From NCBI RefSeq assembly GCF_001194135.2, contig NC_068988.1:81463587-81508461 (forward strand): a DNA stretch of 44,875 nt. The letters run 5' to 3'. Of the stretch, positions 1-12,726 are shown piece after piece. The DNA comes from Octopus bimaculoides (Eukaryota). Under the pieces are notes generated by a model. That model made no database searches. It had not been told where the DNA came from and saw only the letters and a program-made list of their open reading frames with translations. How positions within the stretch are numbered: the stretch's first letter is position 1; each line of letters opens with the position of its first letter. The position numbers were made by a program, and so were the translations under genes.

Positions 1-233
1 GGCACATAAAAGACACCATTTCGAGCGTGGCCGTTTTCGTGCGGGTGACACGTAAAAGCACCCACTACACTCTCTGAGTGGTTGGCGTTAGGAAGGGCAT
101 CCAGCTGTAGAAACTCTGCCAAATCAGACTGGAGCCTGGGGTTGCCATCCGGTTTCACCAGTCCTCAGTCAAATCGTCCAACCCATGCTAGCATGGAAAG
201 CGGACGTTAAACGATGATGATGATGATGATGAA
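1..233 (+). mobile_element. 3' end of RTE-type LINE (or RTE-tailed SINE), young copy with (GAT)n tail
   Basis: Ends gtcaaatcgtccaacccatgctagcatggaaagcggacgttaaacgatgatgatg, the same tail as the RT-bearing element at 20708-22848 and the copy at 35985-36568. It retains many CpGs. Confidence 0.85.
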
Positions 234-810
234 CCTTACTAACCAAGCAGCATGTGATAGCCACAACAGCTCAAACAACAACACAAATACACTCAGAAAT
301 AATAAAAACAATAATAGGGTAGCCACAAGCACAAATGTAAATAAAACCCACTGGACAGGTACTGGCTATACAAACACAAGCAAAAAAACTGATAATCTAT
401 GCTCATGCATGGACCATTCAAAATGTCCTCTGGGTAACCAACGCAAAACCTGAAATGTCGTGTACAGGTGCACCGTAAATACTAGAGGAGGTCCCTATGT
501 ATATATCAGTGCATCAGCTGATATTTTCAAAAATTGATATAGAAACCACATCACCAGCTTTCAAAAAATCCTTAAATAGCATGCAACATCACTGGCCAAT
601 TTCATCTGGTAACTCAAGGAAGAGAAGGTAAAATACGACCTGACCTGGTCAATAATTAGACATGCAAGTCTCTACAACACACTATCCCAGGAACGCCAAC
701 TATGTTCCAAAGAATTGCTGGCAATATTGTTGACAAAAGAGCGAATTATAAATAGATTTGCTGAACAACTGCCCAGATGCCTGCATATGACTAAACACCT
801 TTTCACATAG
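234..810 (+). pseudogene. Penelope-like element C-terminus: CxCx5C linker plus GIY-YIG endonuclease fossil
   Basis: Continuing the frame of ORF 214..453 gives CSCMDHSKCPLG..KT*NVVYRCTVNTRGGPYVYISASADIFKN*YRNHITSF..*HATSLANFIW*LKEEKVKYDLTWSII...LCSKELLAIL...RCLHMTKHLFT* (stop 808-810). There are 4 nonsense codons and no frameshift. This matches the PLE GIY-YIG pattern (VVY..YIG..F..RY.NH..SF...T.L...IW.LK). Confidence 0.8.
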
Positions 811-1195
811 TACAATGCCACTACACCTAACTGATACAAACCATAACCCCAACAACTTGGATTAACCACCTCGATTTAATTGGAAGCCTCATGAACTGCA
901 ACTATGGAGCCTATACTGAGGAAGGACCAGATGAGATCACTACATCTATATAGGTACATTTGCATAGGACATTTTGCAGAATGCAACAGTAAGTAACTAG
1001 AGTATAGCCTTTTCAAAAACACAATAGACTGATTAACTAAAGAGACAAATATTTGCTTTATTGTGTTGATTATGCTCGGACACTGTTATATGTATATGTT
1101 TGAGCATGCATGTTGGTCACACAAACATGTGTGTGTGTGAATGCATATATATATATATATGTGTGTGCATATATATGTATGTGTGTGTATGTGAG

Positions 1196-1292
<97 letters not shown>

Positions 1293-1294
<2 letters not shown>

Positions 1295-2202
1295 TAGCTG
1301 ACGTACCTAGTAATTCCTGGGAAAGCGAGGCTTATCCCTTGGTTCCATTCTTATAATTGTTTCACTAATCCAATAACAACAATACAAAATATGTAGACCT
1401 TAAAATGGGTTTTTTTGCATTTACAGAATACTGAACTGTCTTATACAGGATCTTGTCTTTAGGAATTCCCAGTACGCTATGAATACCCAAATTGTGAAGT
1501 CAATTATATAATAACATGAAATTAGTTACCCGATAGTAAGAATTCAAATAAAGTAGCCTTGAAAAGGCTTTAATGCATTTCCAGAGTATATTGAATATAG
1601 GAGGAAATACTAATAAGGTATGTATACTAAAATCATGAAGCATATTATGTAATAACAGATTAATCAGATATGAGAAAATAACAATTCAAAGTAAATAACT
1701 CTGAAAAGGGCTTCTGTGTGTTCCCAAAGAATATTACCCTCAGGGGCGCTAGTGTTAGTATATTCATGTATAAGTCACTAACTGAAATAAGTGGATCTAT
1801 TGTTTAGAAAAATACTATTTACTTGTTTAATTTGTACTGGACAAATTGTGAAAATAACTAACAGTTCAAATACTAAGAAATAAGCATACTCAATATCATT
1901 TTTACCAAATAATTTAGGAAAATGAATGGGTTATTTCCCTTGGCTATATATAAGGATTCCTTCCAGGGGCGAATGGGTTATGCTCCTTGGTTTTTAAAGT
2001 AAAATATATTAGTTATATATAACGATCCCTTCCAGGGGCCCTATTATCGATTTTTTTCAACAATCTGAGTATGCCATGAGGTTTCCAGACATGAATTCTA
2101 TTCACATGTCAAGTTTCATCAAAATCAATAAAACGATGTAGGAGGAGTTAGGTAACAACTCCACATTCACACCCAGACAGATTTTCCACATATGTTATAG
2201 AT
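1293..2202 (+). mobile_element. Non-autonomous Helitron/Helentron-like element inserted in (AT)n
   Basis: Starts ACTAGCTGAC and ends aagtttcatcaaaatc...aggagttaggtaacaa...cagacag...gttatagat, resembling termini of Lep1-type invertebrate Helitron derivatives. Internal sub-repeats (gaatgggttat..ccttgg / ccttccaggggc) occur twice at about 1923-2040. Flanked by TA microsatellite. No coding capacity. Confidence 0.55.
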
Positions 2203-3144
2203 ATATATGTGTATGAGTATATGTGTATGTATATGTATGTGTAAACATGTACATATGGACATGAATATGCATATGTATGTGTGAGTGTATGTATGCATGT
2301 AGGTACGTATATATATATATATATATATATATATAGGTGTAGGGGTGTGTGATTCACCCTTGGTGATATATATGTGGAGTGAATCAGACTGTCTGTGAGC
2401 TGTCCTAGTCTTGAGGTGACTGTGATGATAGAGTTATGATGAGATTGTCTTCCAGCTATAAATTATATGAACTACAGACGAAATTGACTTTATGGGCAGG
2501 TGGGCCAATGTCCCTTGTGTGAGTGTATGTATGAGCATGTGTGTGCAAATATATGTACATGCATCCTGACCTAAACTTGCTAGCTAAACAACCTTTTGTC
2601 CCATAAATATTCTAGCCTGCATATATCTTTCCCTTCCTTTTCCTAGTACCATTCCTTTGTCTATAACTCAATCCATCCCTGTCCATCCATTCACTTCCCT
2701 TCCAACTTATCTTTTTTTTTATCAACAGTTATTTGTCTATATTTACAAATGTTTGCATTTCTTATAGAAAGATAACAGTAATTGAAAATTGTAGGAGTGT
2801 TTAATTCCCTTACCAGACAGGCATATAATAACATGATAGCCAAAATTTAGGATCTTTAGACCAGACTGCAAAATGGTTGCAACACAACATGTTAAACAGA
2901 GTCCCACCCATAGGGGACAGTAGCAGGATGGGTTGAAATGACTGTTGTACAAAATAACAATTAATGCCAAATCCATTTTCTGGTTACTTAAGAAATTATT
3001 ACTGTTATCTCAACTAACACTGTGGAGTTCCTGAAATAATATATCTCAACTGCGGATGACACCAGGTAGCTCAAATTGTGCCAGTACTCTACTAAACACT
3101 TTAACATACTCATCGACAAATACCCATTAGTCCAAAATATTAAA

Positions 3145-3251
<107 letters not shown>

Positions 3252-4046
3252 GTATNNNNNNNNNNNNNNNNNNNNNNNNNNNNNNNNNNNNNNNNNNNNN
3301 NNNNNNNNNNNNNNNNNNNNNNNNNNNNNNNNNNNNNNNNNNNNNNNNNNNNNNNNNNNNNNNNNNNNNNNNNNNNNNNNNNNNNNNNNNNNNNNNNNNN
3401 NNNNNNNNNNNNNNNNNNNNNNNNNNNNNNNNNNNNNNNNNNNNNNNNNNNNNNNNNNNNNNNNNNNNNNNNNNNNNNNNNNNNNNNNNNNNNNNNNNNN
3501 NNNNNNNNNNNNNNNNNNNNNNNNNNNNNNNNNNNNNNNNNNNNNNNNNNNNNNNNNNNNNNNNNNNNTATATATATATATATATATATATATCGAATGC
3601 TAAAGTAAGCTTGTAAGCATGTTAAAAACAGCCACCAAGAAGTGCTCAGATAAATCTAAATCTTAAACTCCAACCCCCTCCACCGGGGCAGGTAAGGAAG
3701 ATAGGAAGTCAGAATTAAGAATGATCTTTGCCAACTGCATATGGAAGCATTAGTAGGCATAAGGAACGTGTTCACATGGAAAATTGTGTGCACAAGTACA
3801 AGTTGTAATCAAGTCTTATCTTTACAACCGTTTTGGACAATTGATGACTGGTGGTATAACAATGTATAATGTGTGTGTGGTTCCATAGTATTGTAGGTGT
3901 ATGGACTGGCGTGGATAAATGTTTTCTGATGAAGATAACATGACTTCACCTCATATCTCTCAAATTCATAGCAGTCTACCCATCTACAATATTACGAAAG
4001 CCTCATTACACCTACCATTATTTGTCTTTTATACTTCTCTCTCACT

Positions 4047-4086
<40 letters not shown>

Positions 4087-4109
4087 ATTTTATCTTTTAA
4101 TTTAATGGT

Positions 4110-4480
4110 CGTTAGACTGTGGCTTCACTGAAGCACCACCTTGAAAATTTTTCAGTTGAATGTACTTACTTTTTAAAAGCTTAGTACTTATTCTATTGGC
4201 CCTTTTGCCGATTTGCTTGACACCAGCACTGGTTGTCAAGCAGTGGTGATAGGACAAATACAGACATGAAGGCACATGCACATACACACACACATATATA
4301 TAGGCATACTTATATATGATGGGCATCTATCAGTTTCTGTCTACCAAATCCACTCACGAGGTTTTGGTCGGCCTGAGGCTATAGTAATAAACACTTGCCC
4401 AAGGTACCATGAAGTGTGACTAAACCCTGAACCATGTGGCTGGAAAGCAAGTTTCTTACCATGCAGCCATATCTGTGCCT
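4110..4480 (-). mobile_element. tRNA-derived SINE family A (CORE-like segment, internal microsatellite)
   Basis: Reverse complement aligns along its length with the intact copy at 44171-44565. Confidence 0.8.
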
Positions 4481-4523
4481 ATTAAAATAATTATTCCCTT
4501 AAAATGATTATATGTGTGTGTGT

Positions 4524-4565
<42 letters not shown>

Positions 4566-4589
4566 TTATACATGTGTAATATATATATA

Positions 4590-4810
4590 TCATCATCATC
4601 ATCATCATCGTCGTTTAACGTCCACTTTCCATGCTAGCATGGGTTGGACAATTTGACTGAGGACTGGTGGACCAGGAGGCGACACCAGGCTCCAATCTGA
4701 TTTGGCAGAGTTTCTACAGCTGGATGCCCTTCCTAACTCCAACCACTCCTAGAGTGTAATGGGTGCTTTTACATGCCACCGGCATGAGGGCCAGTCAGGT
4801 GGTACTGGCG
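4590..4810 (-). mobile_element. RTE 3' end with (GAT)n tail
   Basis: Reverse complement of the 1-233 tail (cgtttaacgtccactttccatgctagcatgggttggac...). Confidence 0.85.
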
Positions 4811-4814
4811 ACGT

Positions 4815-5340
4815 CCACAACAAATACTTGACTGAAACGTTACCCCACCATTATCAAACTATACACAAAAACATAGAAATTTTTAAAACACTCAAATCTT
4901 GACCAAATTAAAATTTCACATTAACAAAACCATTCCACCATGAACATCAACAGTTTAAAACAAATCCACCCACCTTCTAATTAATGATACAAACTGTCTT
5001 TATTAGATTAACAGATAAATTCACCAAAGAAACTATCCAACAAAAATATGACAACAATATACAAACACAATCAGTCATCAACAAATTTTAGCAAAGTAAA
5101 TACAAGACCACAAAAACAAAATAACAAATGAAGAAGCACAAAAATAACAGCCAATCAACAGAAGCAAAAAAAACAAACAAAACAAAACAAAAACTAAACT
5201 AAACAACCTGATGGACAAATACAAACAAGAAACCACACCCACAACAACATCAATGACTATATTTTTAACACTGTTGACACCACCAGATTAACTGATACTG
5301 CCTAGGTGTCAAAGCCATCATGATACTTGTTAGGCAGCTG
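4815..5340 (+). mobile_element. Possible highly decayed Penelope-like 3' end
   Basis: The stop-riddled frame QILD*N...KFHINKTIPP*...NKSTHLL loosely resembles a PLE endonuclease C-terminus. It is followed by a CA-rich tract and a CTGCCTA/TAGGCAG hairpin at about 5298-5337. Confidence 0.3.
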
Positions 5341-5619
5341 AAGATGGAACATATATATTTTCTATATTTGTTAATATGTATGTTTTTGCCTTTTGAACCC
5401 TGTGTACCTTGTGTTCTCATTGTTTTGATGTTGTCTTCTCTTGAGATTCTAGCTCTGATAAGGGTTAGACTAGTTCAGGCAATTTATAGTTTATGGTGGT
5501 TTTGTTGCATAGATATAGCACCAAAGAGTGTTGCAGCAGTTTTTATCTGAAGATCACAAAAGTGTGAAACTTAACATATAAATTCAGTTTTAATAAACAG
5601 TTTCATTGTCATTATTACC

Positions 5620-5623
5620 ATTG

Positions 5624-5666
<43 letters not shown>

Positions 5667-5990
5667 TTAACATCCACTTTCAATGCTGGTATGAGTTGGA
5701 TGGGTTAAGATACAAGTTTTTTCTTACTGGGAACTTGGGGACCACTGCTTTCATAGATAGGTACTTGTAAGTGTCATTTGATGTGGTTTCTATGACTGGG
5801 TCCTCTTCCTATCACCAACTACTTTACAGAATGTACTGGATGCATTTTCTCGTGGAACCAACACTAGAGAAGTTAAATGGATCTTGGCAAGAAGGAACTA
5901 AAGGGACTTTATAAGCATACACTTTCTCAGTTCATTTGCCAGTCATATTACACAGCGTACTGGGTGCATTTTTTGTGGCACCAATACTAC
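5620..5990 (-). mobile_element. Older RTE-tailed repeat remnant
   Basis: (CAT)n followed by ttaacatccactttcaatgctgg...ttggatgg, a diverged reverse complement of the RTE tail. Confidence 0.55.
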
Positions 5991-6000
5991 AGAGGTTGTC

Positions 6001-6420
6001 TCAATCACAATTCATCTGCAGAGAGAACATGGTGGAATTTGTCATAGCATAAGAAGGTGAGGTACCTAGTACAGAGAAAAAGTGAAAAGTACCCAGTAAC
6101 TTCAGGTATACAGACTGAAGAGGGAAATGTGGGAGAGGAGCAATGATAGCAGAAAGGCCAGGAATTGCTAGGAGAGATGTAATGGGAATAGCTATGTAAC
6201 TGCTAGATAACATTGGTTCAAGTGACCTAGGGGAGAGAGAGAGAAAGAGAGAGCAAAAGAGAGAAAACAAGAGAGAAAGAACTTTGTAACAAGGTATCAG
6301 AAGGACCGTAATGGGGGGAACCGTGAAAAGGACAAGAATATAATGAGAAAGGCAGGGGTATTAGGAATGAGATGAAGTCCTTAGAGGAGTGATTAGCAAT
6401 AGCAGAAGTGAACAAAGACA
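6001..6420. repeat. Old dispersed purine/pyrimidine-biased repeat; related copies in opposite orientation at about 13500-13800 and 32420-32920
   Basis: Shared cores by eye: cccacccagtctatatacccaggtccc (about 32630), cccatccaatcttatataatgcagggtaccc (about 13640) and the reverse complement of ggtatacagactgaag...agcaatgatagc (about 6105-6150). Confidence 0.4.
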
Positions 6421-6784
6421 AGGGTATTCAGAGCCAAGCTAGAATATATTGTGTCAAGCTTCCGTGCTGGTGGCACGTAAAAAGCACCATTCAAGCGTGA
6501 TCGTTACTAGCATTGCTTTACTGGCACGTGAAAAAATGTATGTATGGGTACAGGTACAACTGAGTGGTTATGAAGAATATTTTCCAACTATATACTTCTA
6601 AGTTCAATCTCAATGCCTAGCACCTTGGGTATGTGTCTTCTATTGTAACCTCTAGTAGACCAATGTTTATTGAATGAAATTTATTTGATGGAAACTATGC
6701 AGAAGCTCACATGTAAATATGTGTCTGCTTGGGTATGTGAAATAAGCACTGGGGGCAATATATTTGATAAATTAGGGTGATGAT

Positions 6785-7010
6785 GTAGCAGAATTGTTAG
6801 CACGACAGGCAAAATGCTAAGCAGCATTTGTCTGTCTTAATATTCTGAGTACAAATGCTTCTGGGGTTGACTTTGCCTCGCATCCTTTTGGAGTTGATAA
6901 AATAAGTACCAGTTGAGCACTTGGGGTTGATGTGATCAGCTAACCTTTCCCACGAAGTTGGTGGTCTTGTTCCAAAATTTGAAACCAATAAGGTTAAATC
7001 TTTGAACATG
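6785..7010 (+). mobile_element. tRNA-derived SINE family C
   Basis: A-box-like agcagaattgttagc and B-box-like gagtacaaatgc. Conserved centre gactttgcc.cgcatcctttt.gagttgataaaataagtaccag is shared with copies at 8415, 25975, 28025 and 34230. Confidence 0.75.
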
Positions 7011-8414
7011 ATGCCCCAGCATGGCCACAACCAATGACAGAAACTAGTGAAAGAATACAAGGATACCACGATTTTTCCATTCCCAAGCACCAAATATCTT
7101 ATGGCATATATTTTATTGATAACAGTTCTTGTGTGAGAGATTTCTACAGAATTAGTCCATTACAAAGGTGTGTTGTGCCTACAAGGACCAATCCACCTTC
7201 TTTTTAAGAAAGGAAGCTCTTTACTAGGGGCTCAAATGAATCCAGTACATGAAGAAAGCTACAGAAACATTAATGATTTTTACCTCATCATTACAGCCTC
7301 ATGAATTAAATCTTCCTATAGGCCATAAAACATCTGAGTCAATAATTTATGCTGAATGCAAACCCTGGAATTGCGGAACTAACAATTTTGGCTGTCGTAA
7401 AATTAGGCATTTCGAATGTTAAAAAATAAAATAGAAGAAAAATATGAATTTTGAATAATTCTAATTGGAACCAAATCTCAGAGAAAATCATCACATTAAA
7501 TAATTAAGTGGTTAATACTTCACTGTTGATTTGGTTCCTGCAACTAATTATTGAACAGAAGAGGGGAAAATGACAAAAGAACACATATTGTTACCTCCCT
7601 TTAGTGAAAAAAAAAAGAACATGCAACTTCATTCCCCCCCACATCAAATTCATCATTATCACCACCATCACTACCACCACCACCACTACTACCATCATGA
7701 ATTTAATGTTAAAAAAAAAAATTCATGGAAAACTTTCTAATAAATTAAATTTTTGTAAAATCAGATTTATTTTAATTTTTCTTTTTATTTGGGTCAAAAT
7801 TTCCATTATCAGTTTTATTCTAATTTAGAACCAGCAAAAACAACATGTGTACAAAATAATGCATAAAATATTAAAGATAATGGGTGTATAGAGTGTGTTG
7901 CACATAATGGTTGCATAGAATAGGGACAAAAATATTAGGTATAAAATAATGGGTCCATAAAATGTACAAAAATAATAAGTATATGTAATATGTGTCCCGA
8001 GTGATTGGAGTGGAAGACATGTGCAGAAAATGGTCTGACAGGGAGGAAGAAATAGTAAGACAGGACTCCATGCTTAAAAGAATCAAGAACAACAAGAAGA
8101 TGAAGAGAAACAAAGCAGCAACATGGGCAACCAAAACAGTAACAACAACAACAGCAGCAGCAGCAACAACAACAACAACAACAACAACAGTGCAACAACT
8201 GAATGGATCCATTTTAGACTAAAAGACTATAATGGCTTGTTCTGAAAATAGTGGAAGAATTCTGTGATAGCTAAATAATATAATAAGTGATGATAATGGA
8301 ATTGGTGGTGACATAACAGTGAAAGTGGTTTTAGGGGAAGGGAAGAATTATAATCACACCAACACTGGACATTACTAGAGTCTCTTGTAATGTTTCTGAC
8401 AAATCAGCCAGAAA

Positions 8415-8580
8415 TTTGAGGCTAGGGGCATAGGAGTGTGGGTGTGTGGGTGTGGGGGATATTGTTGATTATATCGATCCCAGTGTTTGACTGGTATTGG
8501 TGTTTCATTTTGTCGACCCTTGGAAAGGAATGAAAGGTAAAATTGACCTGGATGAGGTCTAGAGTCAGAAATGAAAAGAG
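8415..8580 (-). mobile_element. SINE family C fragment
   Basis: actggtattgg...ttttgtcgacccttggaaaggaatgaaaggtaaaattgacc is the reverse complement of the family C centre. Confidence 0.65.
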
Positions 8581-8619
8581 CTGAAGTAAATTGCATGTGG
8601 AAGTAGAGTATGTGGTAGA

Positions 8620-8970
8620 TGTGAGTGGGGGTGAGAAAGAGATAGAGAGATAGAGAGGCTGAGAGAGAGGAGGGGAGAGAGAGATGTGAAGGGAGATATA
8701 GAAGGAGAATGAGAGGTAGAAACAAAGAGTGAGAGAAAGAGGAACAGAGAGAGAGGCAGGGAGAGAGAGACACACAGAGAGTCAAAGGGAGAGAGGCAAA
8801 ATGAAAGAGAAAGAGAGAATGAGAGAGAGAGAGAAAGACAGAGAAAAACAGAGACTGACAGACAGACAGAGATAGAAAGTGAGAAAGAAGGAGGGGAGAA
8901 AGAGAGAGAGAGAATGAAAGAAAGGAAAGGAGGCAGAGAGAGAGAGAAGGAGAGAGAAAGAGAGAGAGAT
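8620..8970. repeat. Degenerate (GA)n/(GAAA)n polypurine tract
   Basis: Directly visible. Similar tracts occur at about 10000-10080, 24470-24570 (pyrimidine) and 43120-43720. Confidence 0.9.
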
Positions 8971-9216
8971 ACTGAATATTGACTGTAACCTATGGTATCG
9001 AAAATGCTTTATTTATGAGAATAATTGAACAGAAGTAGATTGAGAAAATGAGCGGGTATTGAACTAGCACCAAAATGATTTTGTCAATGCAATATCAGAA
9101 TGATAAGGATATAATCATGCAATAGAAGTAGTACTATGGAATTTAACCAGCATATATACATATATACTGGATGAATATATATACATATACACACACACGT
9201 GTATATACATACATGC

Positions 9217-9264
<48 letters not shown>

Positions 9265-9536
9265 NNNNNNNNNNNNNNNNNNNNNNNNNNNNNNNNNNNN
9301 NNNNNNNNNNNNNNNNNNNNNNNNNNNNNNNNNNNNNNNNNNNNNNNNNNNNNNNNNNNNNNNNNNNNNNNNNNNNNNNNNNNNNNATTAAAAAATATTA
9401 TAAAATATTTTATATTTTATAATATGCATGAACCGTTCTGGATATTGCATCAAAATGTTCATAGGTCATTTTCATTATTATTATTATTATAATAAAGTAT
9501 TTTCAATGGATCAGTTTTGAGCTCTATTTAAAGTCG

Positions 9537-9579
<43 letters not shown>

Positions 9580-10221
9580 AAAATTCAACTGTGAGTATTT
9601 TGCTAAGTTTGTTAACAGATACTATATTCTTTTGCCTAGTTTTTGGTATAAAAAAATATATATAAACACATATATATATATATGTAATATATGTATGTGT
9701 GTGTGTGTATAAGCATCATTTTGATGTTCACTTTTTATGCTTGTGTAGGTCAGACAGAAATTATTGAGGGAGATTTTCTATGGCTAGATGCCCTTCCTCA
9801 CCTCCTCTCACTCATTTTGTCTCTTATTTATAATGACATAGACATAAAGATACAGCGATGTGCATGCACTCCCCCCCACAAACCCACACACACAGATGTA
9901 GCTAATGACAGAGTGCTTCCAGCTGTTCTAAAGTGGTAAATGTTGTCAGTGATGTGTGCGTGACATATACAACAGTTGACAACGTCCAGCAATATGTAAA
10001 GGGAGAGAGAGAGAGGGGGGAGAGAGAGGGAGGGAAAGAGGGAGAGGGTGAAAGGGAGAGAGGGAGGGAGAGAGAAAGAGATAGGCCCTCAGGATGGCTG
10101 TGGAAGATGTAGCAGACCTTACCACCAAGAGAGAAGAGGAGATCAGGGTTCACAGACCAAGTATTGAATGCTCTATTAGGATGATGGTGATGATGATAAT
10201 GACAACGCTGACAACAACAAC

Positions 10222-10254
<33 letters not shown>

Positions 10255-10777
10255 GATGATGATGATGATGATGATGATGACGATGATGATGGTGATGATG
10301 GTGATGATGATAGTCACAATAGTGAAGTTGATGATGATAGTCATGATGGTGATGATGTTGAGTAAAATAGTAAAACTGTTATATAATGTTATTTTCTTCT
10401 TCCATTATAATTCCATTCCAACCTCTCCTCCTCAACCCACCCATGGCTGGCTGTTCTTGTTTAGCCTCAGGTAAAGAAACAAGCTGATGATCAAAAGAAA
10501 ATGATAGCAGAACCAATTTGACCATTCCTTCTTGATACAGAGAACTGAGACTATGTTATTGATAAGTCTTCAGCAAGAGCACATATAGTTAGTGCTTTGT
10601 TAAGTCTGCTGTTATAAGTTGAAGGTTTTGGCTATGGTGGAAGAGTTGAAGATATATGAGACCAATTCTGTCACTGAAATAGTGCCAAAGTAGAAGTCAT
10701 ATACATGAATTAAATGAAAGCAACTTTTCTTCATGGAAAAATAGAGTTGAACTACATCTGGAAACTGGATTTGGATG

Positions 10778-10922
10778 ACATACATACATATATACATACA
10801 TACATACATACATACATACATACATACATGCATACAGACATACATAATATATTTATATGTGAATGTATCCATCCATCCATCCATCCATCCATCCATCCAT
10901 CCATCCATCCATCCATCTATCC

Positions 10923-10990
<68 letters not shown>
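10778..10990. repeat. Compound tetranucleotide microsatellite (ATAC)n-(ATCC)n-(ATCT)n
   Basis: Directly visible. Confidence 0.95.
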
Positions 10991-10991
<1 letters not shown>

Positions 10992-11009
10992 ACTAGTTAG
11001 CTAGCTTAT

Positions 11010-11330
11010 TGCACTTAGCAATACAAGCAATACAAGCTGGAGGGACATAACTGCTTTACAAATGGAGGAAAAAGAAAGTCTTGATCAGCTTGGTGGTGAA
11101 AAAATACCCTGAAGTAAAATTTTTTTGAAGTAAAACCTCTTCTGGGAGAGACTGAGTTGCTCCTTTGAACAGTTCCAGTTGTGTCTGATAAGGGTCGGTT
11201 TATTCCTGTTTTCTGTTCACTAGTCAGAAAGTGAGGAAGTCCATGTTTCCAACACAAATTTTCTGTCATGAGGGTACCAACTAAAAACTTCAATTTTCAA
11301 TTTAAGAACAGATCAAGTGAATTTTTTAGG
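11010..11330 (-). mobile_element. Tc1/mariner transposase fragment, decayed
   Basis: Listed ORF 11015..11293 contains ENLCWKHGLPHFLTSEQK, which resembles the mariner linker motif (K.C..WVPH.LT.EQK). No TIRs seen. Confidence 0.55.
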
Positions 11331-12342
11331 ATCTTCGTCTTCTGCCTCTCTCTATATATACATATCTATATATATGTGTCTGAATACGTGTGTGTGTATG
11401 TATGTATGTGTATGTATATAACAAAATAGAGTAGCAAAAAGCAGCATGGAATAAACTATAAGCATGTACAGTTTTTAACACATTTGTATACACATTCATG
11501 TGGGAAGATCTTTTACTGTTGAAATATTCTTCAGAGAAATTTATTATCATAGACAATATATGTAAAACACATTGGGCTATGAATAACATCATCATTGCAC
11601 ATCATCAGCTTTGAAAACCAAATCTATCCTTCACAGACCTATAAAAATGATAGTTCTTATTATTAAAGAACAGCAAATAGTAAAATTGCTGAACTGCATA
11701 AAGCTTGGTCNNNNNNNNNNNNNNNNNNNNNNNNNNNNNNNNNNNNNNNNNNNNNNNNNNNNNNNNNNNNNNNNNNNNNNNNNNNNNNNNNNNNNNNNNN
11801 NNNNNNNNNNNNNNNNNNNNNNNNNNNNNNNNNNNNNNNNNNNNNNNNNNNNNNNNNNNNNNNNNNNNNNNNNNNNNNNNNNNNNNNNNNNNNNNNNNNN
11901 NNNNNNNNNNNNNNNNNNNNNNNNNNNNNNNNNNNNNNNNNNNNNNNNNNNNNNNNNNNNNNNNNNNNNNNNNNNNNNNNNNNNNNNNNNNNNNNNNNNN
12001 NNNNNNNNNNNNNNNNNNNNNNNNNNNNNNNNNNNNNNNNNNNNNNNNNNNNNNNNNNNNNNNNNNNNNNNNNNNNNNNNNNNNNNNNNNNNNNNNNNNN
12101 NNNNNNNNNNNNNNNNNNNNNNNNNNNNNNNNNNNNNNNNNNNNNNNNNNNNNNNNNNNNNNNAAAGAAGAGGATGCATAGAAAAAATTCCATAGTGATA
12201 AAACATGCTCAAAAGTCAAATGTTAAAATGGTTTCATAGCAAAATTACATCATGAAATTTCAAGTCATCAATAAGTTTCACAGCAATAAGAAATTAATTA
12301 GGACAGTTCAAATGTTTTACATACACATGCACATAAACATGG

Positions 12343-12401
<59 letters not shown>

Positions 12402-12409
12402 TACATACA

Positions 12410-12440
<31 letters not shown>

Positions 12441-12726
12441 GTATATGCACACACATATACATAAATATATGTATACATATACATTATTACACACACACAC
12501 ACACACGTGTATATACATATATATTTGAAAAATTTTAAGCATTGTTGACATTTCCTTCTCAACAAATCACTCAGTAGCTTTTCACTTTCAAAGACAAGTG
12601 GAATGAAAACTTTCTTAGTTGAAAAACAAGTAAGGGTTAGCATCAGGAAGAGCATACAGCTTTAAAAACAATGCCACAGTAATATGAATTTGTCTAAAAT
12701 GGTAAACAACAAAAATATCAACTTAC

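Noticed and set aside
451-537. In-frame TGA codons in the PLE fossil as selenocysteine
   Set aside because: At least the second TGA falls on an expected Arg (CGA) position, neither aligns with a Cys I can identify, TAG and TAA stops also occur, and no SECIS was seen.
2812-3030. Minus-strand segment with good acceptor and donor (atttcag ... tctg|gtaagg)
   Set aside because: Stop codons in all three frames within the first 45 nt; could only be non-coding.
5547-5576. CTGAAGATCACAAAAGTGTGAAAC as a second hammerhead
   Set aside because: Stem II closes with a mismatch and stem I barely pairs; too weak to call.
7871-8212. Hydrophobic ORF as candidate transmembrane exon of the CUB-LDLa gene
   Set aside because: Hydrophobicity comes from (GTT)n/(GCT)n repeats, and the nearby acceptor (about 8245) gives stops in all frames.
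10484-10500. CTGATGA...GAAA hammerhead-like core
   Set aside because: No stem II or stem I.
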